From NCBI GenBank assembly GCA_963806185.1, contig CAWDXE010000007.1, positions 864,001-928,000 of the forward strand: DNA of 64,000 nucleotides, in the 5' to 3' direction. Shown one piece after another: positions 1 through 9,282 of this stretch. Made by a program: the position numbers and the translations under genes. Under the pieces are notes generated by a model. It was given only the letters and a program-made list of their open reading frames with translations. It searched no databases and was not told the origin of the DNA. Position 1 is the stretch's first letter. Each line of letters starts with the position of its first letter. The stretch comes from an uncultured candidate division Zixibacteria bacterium (GTDB taxonomy: Bacteria; Zixibacteria; MSB-5A5; GN15; FEB-12).

Positions 1-327
1 GTCATGAATATCATGATGGTCTCGGTCACGGAGCGAACTCGTGAGATCGGCATCCGCAAAGCGATTGGTGCTCGACAGAAGCATATTTTGGCCCAGTTCT
101 TGTTTGAATCTCTGATTCTGACCATGTCCGGCGGCCTGGCCGGCATTGTGTTTGGCTATTTGATCGCCAAGTCGCTGGTCGGCATGATCGACATGGAAAT
201 TCAACCATCGACTCTGGCTATTATGGCTGGTTTGACCATTTCGACTGGTACCGGCCTCATATTCGGTATCTATCCGGCCATGAAGGCTGCGCGACTGGAC
301 CCTGTAAAAGCAATGAGCTACGAGTGA
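1..327 (+). CDS. ABC transporter permease, MacB/FtsX family (C-terminal part; truncated by window start)
   Basis: MNIMMVSVTERTREIGIRKAIGA...QFLFES...YPAMKAARLDP: hallmark MacB/FtsX C-terminal motifs. Confidence 0.93.
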   Translation, partial: VMNIMMVSVTERTREIGIRKAIGARQKHILAQFLFESLILTMSGGLAGIVFGYLIAKSLVGMIDMEIQPSTLAIMAGLTISTGTGLIFGIYPAMKAARLDPVKAMSYE

Positions 328-334
328 ACCTATC

Positions 335-1585
335 ATGCTGATGACTTATGTGGAACTCAAAGACGGTATCGGCATGGCGCTGGGCGCCCTGCGCGCGAAC
401 AAATTCCGTGCCTTCATGACGATTCTTGGCGTAATGATCGGGGTGAGTTCTGTCATCTGCATGGCGTCGCTCATCAATGGTATGCAGGTCGCCGCGGAGC
501 AGGAAATCGATTCCATGGGCTCGAATATCATTATGATCACCAAATTTGAGCCGGATACGAACCACGACAATATGACCGAAGACGAACGGAACCGACAGCC
601 AATCACGGTGGACGAGGCCAACGCGGTGCTCCACAACTGCCCGACGGTTGACGGAGTGTCGCCCCAGAACGCTTACTACAAGCAGGGCGGCAATGAAGTA
701 AAGTACAAAAATCGCAAGGCCAATAACCCGGTGCTCCTCGGTGTGTGGCCCGACTTCCTGGCGGTAAACAATAAGAACGTTTCCGCGGGCCGGTTCATCA
801 CTGACGGTGAGGAGCGCATGGGCGCCATGGTAGTGGTGCTGGGCGCATCGATTGCCGAGGCCCTGTTCGAAACCGAGGATCCGGTCGGAAAAAGCATCAG
901 GGCAAATGGGAATGAATTCGAAGTAATTGGCGTCGTCGAAAAGGTCAAATCATCGTTCGGTAACGATGAGCTCAATAGCCGCGTGATGATGCCCCTCAAG
1001 ACGTTCGAGCGGATTCACCCGTGGGAGGAGGAGCTTTTTCTCGTGGCTCGCGCCCGCAGCACGGCCCTGATTGCGCAGGCCGAGGAAGAAATTATAGCCG
1101 CTTTGCGTGTGCAACGGCGAGTCCCCTTCAACAAGCCGAACGATTTTGCCCTCTCCACCCAGGAGACCTTCAAGGACACCGTTGCCAATATCACCAAGTA
1201 CATCTACCTGGCGATGATTGTGATTACCTCCGTGGGGCTGATGGTCGGCGGTATCGGCGTGATGAACATCATGCTCGTTTCGGTGACCGAACGGACCCGT
1301 GAAATCGGTATTCGCAAAGCGATCGGCGCCCGACGAGTGAATATACTGCTGCAGTTTCTGACCGAGGCTACTACGCTTTCCGGCGCCGGCGGCATCATCG
1401 GTATTATCTTTGGCGTCGGTTTGGGTATGGCGGTCAATGCCATTGCCGGATTCCCGCTCACGGTTTCGGTCTTCTGGATTATCCTCGGTTTCTTGGTCGC
1501 CGTTTCGGTGGGGCTGGTTTCCGGTATGTATCCGGCCGTCAAGGCCTCACGGCTCGATCCGATCGAAGCTCTTCGCTACGAATAA
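335..1585 (+). CDS. ABC transporter permease, MacB/FtsX family
   Basis: ANKFRAFMTILGVMIGV N-terminal TM, periplasmic domain, VGGIGVMNIMLVSVTERTREIGIRKAIGA, YPAVKASRLDPIEALRYE. Confidence 0.95.
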   Translation: MLMTYVELKDGIGMALGALRANKFRAFMTILGVMIGVSSVICMASLINGMQVAAEQEIDSMGSNIIMITKFEPDTNHDNMTEDERNRQPITVDEANAVLHNCPTVDGVSPQNAYYKQGGNEVKYKNRKANNPVLLGVWPDFLAVNNKNVSAGRFITDGEERMGAMVVVLGASIAEALFETEDPVGKSIRANGNEFEVIGVVEKVKSSFGNDELNSRVMMPLKTFERIHPWEEELFLVARARSTALIAQAEEEIIAALRVQRRVPFNKPNDFALSTQETFKDTVANITKYIYLAMIVITSVGLMVGGIGVMNIMLVSVTERTREIGIRKAIGARRVNILLQFLTEATTLSGAGGIIGIIFGVGLGMAVNAIAGFPLTVSVFWIILGFLVAVSVGLVSGMYPAVKASRLDPIEALRYE

Positions 1586-1621
1586 CCCAGTTTCCTCCTT
1601 TCTACGGAATTCTCTTTTTTA

Positions 1622-1650
1622 TTGCCGCCGGTCGTGCGTCTATCTACATT
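1622..1650 (+). promoter_or_regulatory. Putative sigma70 promoter for GWxTD genes
   Basis: TTGCCG-N17-TACATT. Confidence 0.45.
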
Positions 1651-1691
1651 AGTGGTACTTAAGCGGTTGAGGGGTGTATAATTACCGAGGT

Positions 1692-3032
1692 ATGAAAACC
1701 GTGTGCAAGACAGCTCCGGTCGCTCTGGCGACGTTCATCCTGGTCGTGCTGACCGCGGGTGCCGCGGGTGGTCAGATATTCACGCCAAACCAACCCAAGT
1801 CCATGGGGCCGATTATCATCGTCGATGCGGCAGCGTTTGCGACACCCGGAAGTGACTCGGTCCGGCTTGAATTCTACTACCAGATCTACAATTTCGGCCT
1901 GCAATTCAAGGAACAGGATGGCGACTGGGTAGCAGCATACGAATTGTCCGTGTCGGTACTGGACGAAGACGAGGTCCAGGTGGGTTTCCAGGAACGAGCC
2001 CGCGAAATCCGAGTGGCTTCCAACGATCGCACCAAATCGAAGTTCGACCACCGCACCAGCCAGGTCAACTTCATGGTGCTGCCGGGCAAGTACAAGATTA
2101 ACGTCAATCTCCGCGACAAGTCGAATGACGCCACCACCGAGCGCCAGTCGAAAATCACCATCGAGTCACCCGACCGCGATCTGCCGCTGCTCTCCGGCAT
2201 TGAGTTCGCGCAAGCGGTCAATCAGACCGGCGATACCGGAAGTCTGTTCACGAAAGGTGAGTTGGCCGTGGTTCCATCGGTGTCCCGCGCCTTTGGCGGC
2301 GACGGCGATTCCCGCCTCGTGTACTATTTCGAAATCTACCGGGGGAGTGATTCCACCGAGAAAGTGGTCGTGGAATCGATCATCCGCCACCAGTCCAAAG
2401 GAATGATTTATCGCGATACTGTTCACTTCGACTTCAATGGTCCCGTGCTTCGACAGCTCCGTGAAATTGATATCAAGGAATTTGCCCCCGGCACGTACGA
2501 GCTTGAGATTACATTGCGCGGTCGCCGCAACAAGGAATTGGATCAGACCAGACAGGAGTTTGTCGTCCTGTGGACGCAGGATGGCCTGCTGAAACATGAT
2601 TGGAAGACGGCGCTCGATCAACTCTCTTACGTCGCGAATCCAGGCGAACTGGACAGTGTGAAGAGATTGACTTCCTTTGAAGATCGCCGACGGGCGTTTG
2701 ACGCTTTCTGGGCCTCCAAGGACCCTACACTCGGGACACCTGAGAATGAAGTGAAAAAGGAATTCTACCGGCGTATCATTATCGCCAATCAGAATTTCGG
2801 TTATATGCGCCGCGACGGCTGGCGCACCGACCGCGGGCGAATTCTGGTGATGCACGGCGAACCGGATCAAATCGATGATGTTCCGTATTCGGCGTCCGAT
2901 CTGCCGTATCAAATCTGGCATTATTACCGCGACGGTCGGTATCGTCGCTTCACCTTTGTCGATGAAAACCAGGATGGGGACTACCGGCTCGAGTATCCGT
3001 TTGACGGGCTGAATCAGCGCCCCGATTTTTGA
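1692..3032 (+). CDS. Secreted GWxTD-domain protein
   Basis: Hydrophobic signal peptide, beta-rich N-terminal domains, FW..KDPT..TPENE...EFYRRI..AN..F...GWRTDRGRI...HGEPD; alternative GTG starts at 1674/1701. Confidence 0.88.
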   Translation: MKTVCKTAPVALATFILVVLTAGAAGGQIFTPNQPKSMGPIIIVDAAAFATPGSDSVRLEFYYQIYNFGLQFKEQDGDWVAAYELSVSVLDEDEVQVGFQERAREIRVASNDRTKSKFDHRTSQVNFMVLPGKYKINVNLRDKSNDATTERQSKITIESPDRDLPLLSGIEFAQAVNQTGDTGSLFTKGELAVVPSVSRAFGGDGDSRLVYYFEIYRGSDSTEKVVVESIIRHQSKGMIYRDTVHFDFNGPVLRQLREIDIKEFAPGTYELEITLRGRRNKELDQTRQEFVVLWTQDGLLKHDWKTALDQLSYVANPGELDSVKRLTSFEDRRRAFDAFWASKDPTLGTPENEVKKEFYRRIIIANQNFGYMRRDGWRTDRGRILVMHGEPDQIDDVPYSASDLPYQIWHYYRDGRYRRFTFVDENQDGDYRLEYPFDGLNQRPDF

Positions 3033-3037
3033 GCATC

Positions 3038-4468
3038 ATGATAAAACGATTTTATTTTTTCGCGTGTTGTCTGGCCGCAGGCCTATTCACAGTTACTGCT
3101 TCAGCCCAAACCGAGCCCGAGACTGCCACCATCGCGATCTATGGCGGGCTGACAATTTTCAATAACCCGACCTTTGATTCCGTTTCGCTGGTGGAGTTCC
3201 CGTTTGTGCTGAACCGGGAACAGTTCGACTTCTACAAGGCCGACTCGGCGGCCGAAGGACTCGAGGCCCGCATTTACTGCCGGGCCGTGGTGGCGAATTT
3301 CCAGGGGATCCTCGTAGATTCCGCCAGCACCTACTTCTCGGCTTGGGTCGCAAACGAACAGGAAGCACGGCTCAAGGGGATCAGGCTTTTTAACCAACTC
3401 GACATTTTTCTGAAGCCCGGCCTCTACACTGTGGCGCTCTCCGCCATCGACGTCGTGAGCAAGCGTGAAGGGCAGATCACCTACAATCGGGTGGAGGTTC
3501 CGGCCATTGAACGCGAGCACCTGACGTTGGGGGCCGCCAATCTGGCCTATGCCATCACTCCGGCGACGGCGACAGCCGCGCCGGAAGATCGATCGGTTCG
3601 CAACGGCCTTCGGGTACTCGTTAATCCGGTCCATTGGTTCGGCCCTGCTGACTCCTCGCTGTACTTCTACGGTGAAGTGTACAACCTGAAATATGGCGAT
3701 CAGGAGAAATCGAAATATCGGGTAGCCTCGCACATGGTCGATGCGAAAAACTCTCTGTATCAGGATTTCGGCTTCTCGTTGCGCGACAAGGCGGGAAACA
3801 CGGCGGTATTGTCACAGCGCTACGATATCTCAGCGTACCCTCCCGGGAAATACGGGCTGAATGTGACTGTTACCGACGAGGCGACGCAGCAGAGCGACAC
3901 CGCTTTTCTTCCCTTCAAGATCGTTGCTGAGGGGGCGAACCCTGTTGCCGAGGTGACGGCGGTGGATCCGACCAGCGCCTACGACTCGTTGAGTCTCGAG
4001 GCCAAGCTGGCGCTAGTCTATTATCTCCTGTCCCCGGTAGAGAAGAAGACTCTGGAGGCTTTGTCTCCGACCGGCAAACAGAATTTCATGCAGCAGTACT
4101 GGCGCGAACACGATAGCGACCCGACGACTCGACCCATCGAAAATCAACTGGAGATGATTCGGCGCTACCAGTTCGCGAACGTCAGCTTTTCGACCAATGC
4201 AAACCGCACCAACGGCTGGTCGTCGGATCGCGGCCGGATTTACATGATTTACGGCCCCTGGGACGAACGGGACGACGTCCCGACGCCGGTCACGGGAAAC
4301 CCGTTTGAAGTCTGGTTCTATCGTCAGGTGGACAAGGGGTTGTTATTTGTGTTCGCGGATACGAAGGGAAGTCAAGATCCGCAGCTCGTGCATTCGAATG
4401 CCACGGGTGAGAAATACAGTGACTCCTGGCAGACGATTGTAGATCAGGGGATTTACAACATCAAGTAA
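3038..4468 (+). CDS. Secreted GWxTD-domain protein (paralog)
   Basis: Signal peptide (..TASA-QTE), YW..HDSDPTT..EN...RY.FAN..F...GWSSDRGRIYMIYGP..D. Confidence 0.88.
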   Translation: MIKRFYFFACCLAAGLFTVTASAQTEPETATIAIYGGLTIFNNPTFDSVSLVEFPFVLNREQFDFYKADSAAEGLEARIYCRAVVANFQGILVDSASTYFSAWVANEQEARLKGIRLFNQLDIFLKPGLYTVALSAIDVVSKREGQITYNRVEVPAIEREHLTLGAANLAYAITPATATAAPEDRSVRNGLRVLVNPVHWFGPADSSLYFYGEVYNLKYGDQEKSKYRVASHMVDAKNSLYQDFGFSLRDKAGNTAVLSQRYDISAYPPGKYGLNVTVTDEATQQSDTAFLPFKIVAEGANPVAEVTAVDPTSAYDSLSLEAKLALVYYLLSPVEKKTLEALSPTGKQNFMQQYWREHDSDPTTRPIENQLEMIRRYQFANVSFSTNANRTNGWSSDRGRIYMIYGPWDERDDVPTPVTGNPFEVWFYRQVDKGLLFVFADTKGSQDPQLVHSNATGEKYSDSWQTIVDQGIYNIK

Positions 4469-4492
4469 CGATACTCGACCGCAAGACACTCG

Positions 4493-4522
4493 AGGGCTCG
4501 CCAAAGCGGGCCCTTTGTTTTT
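4493..4522 (+). terminator. Rho-independent terminator
   Basis: AGGGCTCGC-CAAA-GCGGGCCCT followed by TTGTTTTT, between convergent genes. Confidence 0.7.
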
Positions 4523-4546
4523 CGCGCGATACCGACTACGCGGGGA

Positions 4547-5053
4547 TCAGTGTCCTTCCCAGCTCATGAAGCTCTTGAATTGCGTCGACTCGATGAAGGT
4601 CTGCGGGTCTTTCATATACGAAAGCATGTTGTCGATGAGATAGACGTGGGTCTTCTCCTCGTCGGCGACAAGCTCAAGCAGCCGCCGCTTACCGGCATCT
4701 TTTTCCCGGGACGCCTCTTCTCGATAGAGCCGCTCGGACTTCTCCTCGATACTCAGCGCCTCGGTCCAGACCGCACGGACGTCCTCACCCAGCGGTTTCC
4801 CCTTGCGATCGGCCATCTGCTGGAAGAGGTTCCGATTGGCGCTAAACGAGGTCGTGACCTGCATCAGTTCGAGGCGGGCCGGTTCGGTCCCCAATGATTT
4901 CAGCTTCTTGAAGAAACGATAGTGTTTGTCTTCCTCCTGGGCCAGAGTGAGCAGTATTTGTTTCAACTCCGGTTCGGACATCTTGGCGGCGCCGGCTTCA
5001 TAAAAGGCTTTGCCGTCAAGCTCCATTTGCATGGCAAAATCAAGAATATTCAT
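4547..5053 (-). CDS. Ferritin-like/rubrerythrin family protein
   Basis: MNILDFAMQMELDGKAFY...LAQEEDKHY...ALSIEEKSERLY...VADEEKTH: duplicated E...ExxH diiron motifs; GGAG RBS before ATG 5053. Confidence 0.88.
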   Translation of the reverse strand: MNILDFAMQMELDGKAFYEAGAAKMSEPELKQILLTLAQEEDKHYRFFKKLKSLGTEPARLELMQVTTSFSANRNLFQQMADRKGKPLGEDVRAVWTEALSIEEKSERLYREEASREKDAGKRRLLELVADEEKTHVYLIDNMLSYMKDPQTFIESTQFKSFMSWEGH

Positions 5054-5119
5054 ACCAACTCCTTCTCCCCGATATATACGACACCGGGGTCCACGCAACA
5101 AGGAATTTGCGAGCCGGGG

Positions 5120-5148
5120 TTGACTGAGGTCTCATGAGAAGCTATGTT
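5120..5148 (+). promoter_or_regulatory. Putative sigma70 promoter
   Basis: TTGACT-N17-TATGTT; supports start at 5195 rather than 5144. Confidence 0.55.
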
Positions 5149-5194
5149 CTACTACGGGGCGTTGAGAATACACAACTTATTAGGAGTATCTAAA

Positions 5195-5914
5195 ATGGGT
5201 TTAACGACTACAATAATTCGTCGGGGTATCTTCGCCGTCATTTTCGTTTTGGGTAGCGCTTCGTTCGCGAACGCTCAAACATGGCAAGGTGGGCTCGGCT
5301 TCCAGCTGGCCTTTCCACAGGGGGACTACAAAGATCAGATCGACAAGACCGGCGTCGGCGTCGGCGGCGATTTCTTGTACGCTCCGCACAACAGCCCGAT
5401 CGGCATTGGTGTTTCACTGGGCTGGTTTCAAGTGGGAGACGAGAACCGAACGGAGCCGTTCAGCACGACTATTCCCGACGTCACGGTGGATGTCAACACG
5501 TCCAATAACCTCGCCCAGTTCATGCTGCTTCTGCGCTTACAGCCAAAGCATGGTCCGATACTTCCGTATGCCGATGGCCTGCTCGGCATGAATTATCTGT
5601 ACACGAGGACGACGATCAAGAACGCCAGCAATGACGAGGAAGTCGCAAGTTCGACCAACCGCGAAGATAATGCATTCGGGTACGGCTTTGGCGGCGGCCT
5701 GATGATCAAGGTGTATGACAAGCAGAGAGGGGAGCCTGAGGCGAAAGCGTTGCAGGTCTTTATCGACCTCGGCGCTCGCTATATACGAGGGGGTGAAGCG
5801 GAGTACCTGAAGGAAGGCTCGATCCGCCGGGATGGGGGACAGGTCGTTTACGACATTTCCCAGTCCAAGACGAGTATTGCTACTGCCCACATCGGTGTGG
5901 CGGTCAGTTTCTGA
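5195..5914 (+). CDS. Outer membrane beta-barrel domain protein
   Basis: AGGAG RBS, signal peptide ending ANA-Q, alternating Gly/aromatic strands, C-terminal Phe (IGVAVSF). Confidence 0.75.
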   Translation: MGLTTTIIRRGIFAVIFVLGSASFANAQTWQGGLGFQLAFPQGDYKDQIDKTGVGVGGDFLYAPHNSPIGIGVSLGWFQVGDENRTEPFSTTIPDVTVDVNTSNNLAQFMLLLRLQPKHGPILPYADGLLGMNYLYTRTTIKNASNDEEVASSTNREDNAFGYGFGGGLMIKVYDKQRGEPEAKALQVFIDLGARYIRGGEAEYLKEGSIRRDGGQVVYDISQSKTSIATAHIGVAVSF

Positions 5915-5945
5915 CTCGCCCTATGACAAACGTCAAGCGTCTGAC

Positions 5946-8900
5946 TCATGCCCGTTTGCCTAATCGCAGCGGGCGTGCGGCGTTTGAAGTGGCCCCGATC
6001 TTCGCCGCGTAACCCGCTCGTGACACATACTCCTCGTCGGTGATGATATGCGCGTCCAGAAGACCGCCTCGCTTGTAGCCGGTACGCAGGTAGTTGACCT
6101 CGTCAAGGCAAAGACTCCAGCCGGTCAGCCAGGTCTCCAGTAACCGTCGCTGCTCATCGGTGCCGGAGAAATGGACGATCAGATTGATGTCGCTCCGGGG
6201 GCCGGCCGTGGCATTCTTGGTGCTGCCGAAGAGGTACATACCCTTCACGCCCAGCGCGTCCACATCAATCGTCTTCGCCAGTTCCTCGACCATGCGCACG
6301 CGCCAGCGCCAGGCCGTATCGCCGGTTGACTCCACGGGCGTGATGTCGGCTGAATCGGTGACGGCAAACGAGCGCGGTTTCGACAGCAGGCCGATGGCCT
6401 GTTCCAGCCTCGCGTTCATCAGTATCTGAAGAACACTTCCCGCCGCCGTCTGTGGAACGTCAATGACGCGAATACATTCACTCAGATTGGCGAACTCGGG
6501 CAGAATGTCGCCGAGAATGCTGGGCGAGCGCCGGAGAAAGTGTTCATTGAACACGATACCGGGATCATCGGGATAGAGCGGAATATACCGGATGCTTGCT
6601 TCGACCAGATCCTGGAAAAAGTGGGTGCCAAAAGAGAGATCGGGCACGTAGTTGCCTTGCTTGCGGGCGATCTCAATCAGGGCGGCCGTATTACTGATAT
6701 CGGAATAGGTCACACTCACGCCTAGTTTGATGTCGCCCCGGCTGCCCCATCGCCCGGGACCCATCAGGATGAATTGCCGTTTCGGGAGGAGCTTGTTCAG
6801 CTTGCCGACCGCCCGGCCGACCGCCAGCAGCGCGGCTCGTTCGCCCAGCTCAGCGTACCTCTGTGGATCGACATACACAATATGGGTGATGTCAGGCACC
6901 TGACCGTTGGAGATGTACTTCCGGGCCGTGAAAATGATTCGGTTGGGTGCGATGTCCTTGGGAATACGTGCCTCGCTCGTGGCGCTTGAATTGGACTGCG
7001 GGCGACACTGGAGCAGGTAGATGTCCTGGCCGTCGGAGGCGAATTCAAAATCGATCGGACTGCCGATTTCTTCTTGCAGGACCGCGAGCATGGTTGCAAC
7101 CTGCTTCACGAAACTGCTCTGCGAGAAGAGTCCTTCAAAAGTGACGAGGGCGTCCTCCGGCCTGAAATCGACGAGCCGACCAACAAGGCTTCGAATGTGG
7201 TCGCCGTCAAAGATCGACAGTATCTCGGAGAATCGAGGATAGGCGCTGCCGGCCCGGCGGAGAAAATCGGTAAAGACAACCGTCTCAAACGAATTCGTCC
7301 GCAGGTTGATCACATCGATTTTTTTCGGTGAATAGCGAATCTGTTCTTCAACCGTCACATTGACTCGAAGATTCGGCTGCCCGGGGGCGAGCAGAATCGG
7401 GTAATCGTCGCTCACCCGATCGACTGCACGCGTCCCCAAGCCAGGGACGAGCCGCACCAGGCCGTCGTTGCGCTGTATGCGCGGCGACCAGCGAAATTCG
7501 TTGTTGGAGAAGGCGACGCCGGCAAAGGCAGGAAGGAAGTAGTCACCCACGCGGACACCTACCACTTCCTGAATCATGATTCCCATCTCTTCGTAGTAGT
7601 CGAGCAAACCGCGCTCCATCCGGTATTGAATCGGATCGGGCGAGAACGTCGAAGCATAGACCTCGGCGATGGCGTCGCACAGGGCGTCGAGCCGTTCTTG
7701 TTTACTCCCTTGGTTGGCCAAAAAGAGGCTCTTGTACTTGCCGGAGAAGGCGGCGCCGATGCGATCCTCGAGCAGTGATGAGGACCGAACGATTAACGGT
7801 CGCTCGCCCAGATCGTCCAGCGCCATGGCCAGTCCCTTCAGCATTTCCGGGGGGAAGTGGCCGTTCTTGAACGTGTACAGGATGTGGGGGTATTCGGCGC
7901 GAATTTGATCGATCTCATTGTATTTCTGCTCGGCGATCTCCTCGAGATTGTTGTAATTGATAAACGCCATTAACCCGTCGGAAGGGAGGTACCAGGTCTT
8001 GGGCGTCTTGACCGACCGGGTGAGAGAGTTCGCCATTTTGGATTTGTTGAGTATGCGAGAAGCCAGATAGAGACCGGCGCTTTTTCCGCCCAGTTTGCCG
8101 CGACTCTCGGGCAAGAAGATGATTTGATCCACCAGATCGGAGAAGTCATTGACATCGATAAATCGTTTGGCCTTGTCGACAAATTCGACTGACTCAGAGA
8201 AGAATCGGCGAATGAGAGCGGCGTGCATGCCGAACTGCATGGCCGAGGGAAGCTCGATCCCCTGGGGTGCGATCTTGTGATAGCGTCGGACAGCGTCGGC
8301 GATCGCGGGAAGGGAGAGGTCGCGGTTCAGGGCGCGGATGAGAAAGCTCATCTTGTCTTCGTGCATGCGCTTTTGGATGAAGGCGAGAATCTCGTCGTCG
8401 CTCATGTTGTCGACTGCGATTGCAAACGTTGCTACACACATCGCGTCGGTCATGAGAATCGGCGCGCGGCGGCGGTGGGGAATGTTGCTGTCGGCGTACA
8501 CATCCTCATCATCCCGAGGGTCGACATCCGGGGTCTGCAGGAGTTGCTTGGCGCTTTCGATACCGCTCCAGGAGAGGTGGTTGAGCATTTTATGGGAGAT
8601 CGCAAAATAGAGGCTGCGGTCGGTTTCGCGAAGGAGATCGATGACCACCTGCCATTCTTTGCGATCATGGCCGAGCGTGTCCTTGGCCGCCTGCCATTCG
8701 GAGTAGACATGCCGCATCCGTCGATAGACGATATAGTGACCAAGCCGATCGGCGATGGTCTGGATAAGTTTGGTTTCTTCTTTGAGAAACGGACCGTGAT
8801 CGGCTGGGGGGCGCTCTTCTGAGTAATAGATACTGATCCGCCCGAGAGCCTTCTCCTGAGCGATTATATCCGCGCTCTGCACCCAGGAGGTCTCCACAAA

Positions 8901-9125
8901 ACCGTCGGAGATGAAGGTCTGGTCGGCGACAGTTATGACGGCTCGGCAGATGGTCGGGTACTGCCAACCGTCGGGGATTGCCGTTATGATGTCGGCGCAG
9001 ACTTCCGGGAGGTCGGCGTCGGGCCGGTTCAGAATTTCCTCAACGCGCAGCAGGCAGTTGAGTTCCTTGGCGCGTTCCTGCAGGGACAGGAAGAGGGTAT
9101 TGAGCGGTTTGTTCGGTTTCGTCAT
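5946..9125 (-). CDS. PEP-synthase/PPDK-type ATP-grasp protein with N-terminal sensor-like module and C-terminal nucleotidyltransferase-like domain
   Basis: GGKSAGL, IVRSSSLLED..AFSGKYKS, IQEVVG, GLGTRAV, DFEFA...YLLQCRP (PPDK_N); GPGRWGS...SFGTHFF; YLFGSTKNATAGPRSDINL. Confidence 0.85.
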   Translation of the reverse strand: MTKPNKPLNTLFLSLQERAKELNCLLRVEEILNRPDADLPEVCADIITAIPDGWQYPTICRAVITVADQTFISDGFVETSWVQSADIIAQEKALGRISIYYSEERPPADHGPFLKEETKLIQTIADRLGHYIVYRRMRHVYSEWQAAKDTLGHDRKEWQVVIDLLRETDRSLYFAISHKMLNHLSWSGIESAKQLLQTPDVDPRDDEDVYADSNIPHRRRAPILMTDAMCVATFAIAVDNMSDDEILAFIQKRMHEDKMSFLIRALNRDLSLPAIADAVRRYHKIAPQGIELPSAMQFGMHAALIRRFFSESVEFVDKAKRFIDVNDFSDLVDQIIFLPESRGKLGGKSAGLYLASRILNKSKMANSLTRSVKTPKTWYLPSDGLMAFINYNNLEEIAEQKYNEIDQIRAEYPHILYTFKNGHFPPEMLKGLAMALDDLGERPLIVRSSSLLEDRIGAAFSGKYKSLFLANQGSKQERLDALCDAIAEVYASTFSPDPIQYRMERGLLDYYEEMGIMIQEVVGVRVGDYFLPAFAGVAFSNNEFRWSPRIQRNDGLVRLVPGLGTRAVDRVSDDYPILLAPGQPNLRVNVTVEEQIRYSPKKIDVINLRTNSFETVVFTDFLRRAGSAYPRFSEILSIFDGDHIRSLVGRLVDFRPEDALVTFEGLFSQSSFVKQVATMLAVLQEEIGSPIDFEFASDGQDIYLLQCRPQSNSSATSEARIPKDIAPNRIIFTARKYISNGQVPDITHIVYVDPQRYAELGERAALLAVGRAVGKLNKLLPKRQFILMGPGRWGSRGDIKLGVSVTYSDISNTAALIEIARKQGNYVPDLSFGTHFFQDLVEASIRYIPLYPDDPGIVFNEHFLRRSPSILGDILPEFANLSECIRVIDVPQTAAGSVLQILMNARLEQAIGLLSKPRSFAVTDSADITPVESTGDTAWRWRVRMVEELAKTIDVDALGVKGMYLFGSTKNATAGPRSDINLIVHFSGTDEQRRLLETWLTGWSLCLDEVNYLRTGYKRGGLLDAHIITDEEYVSRAGYAAKIGATSNAARPLRLGKRA

Positions 9126-9208
9126 GGCCTCATACTAATTCATCGGTCGGGCCAATATATAACATGATAGAAGTTGGCGTCATTCAAATTCACCGTCAGT
9201 TTTTGATG

Positions 9209-9241
9209 AAAAATGCCGGAAGCGGGAAGCGCTTCCGGCAT
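9209..9241 (-). terminator. Rho-independent terminator after gdh
   Basis: Perfect 11-bp stem ATGCCGGAAGC/GCTTCCGGCAT with U-tract on - strand. Confidence 0.7.
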
Positions 9242-9282
9242 ATAGATACGTCCGGAAAGACCGGACATGGGAGGGAGAATTC

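Noticed and set aside
5946..9125. Annotation as ordinary ppsA/ppdK
   Set aside because: No TSHAA-type swivel motif or PEP/pyruvate-binding barrel recognised; extra sensor-like and nucleotidyltransferase domains present
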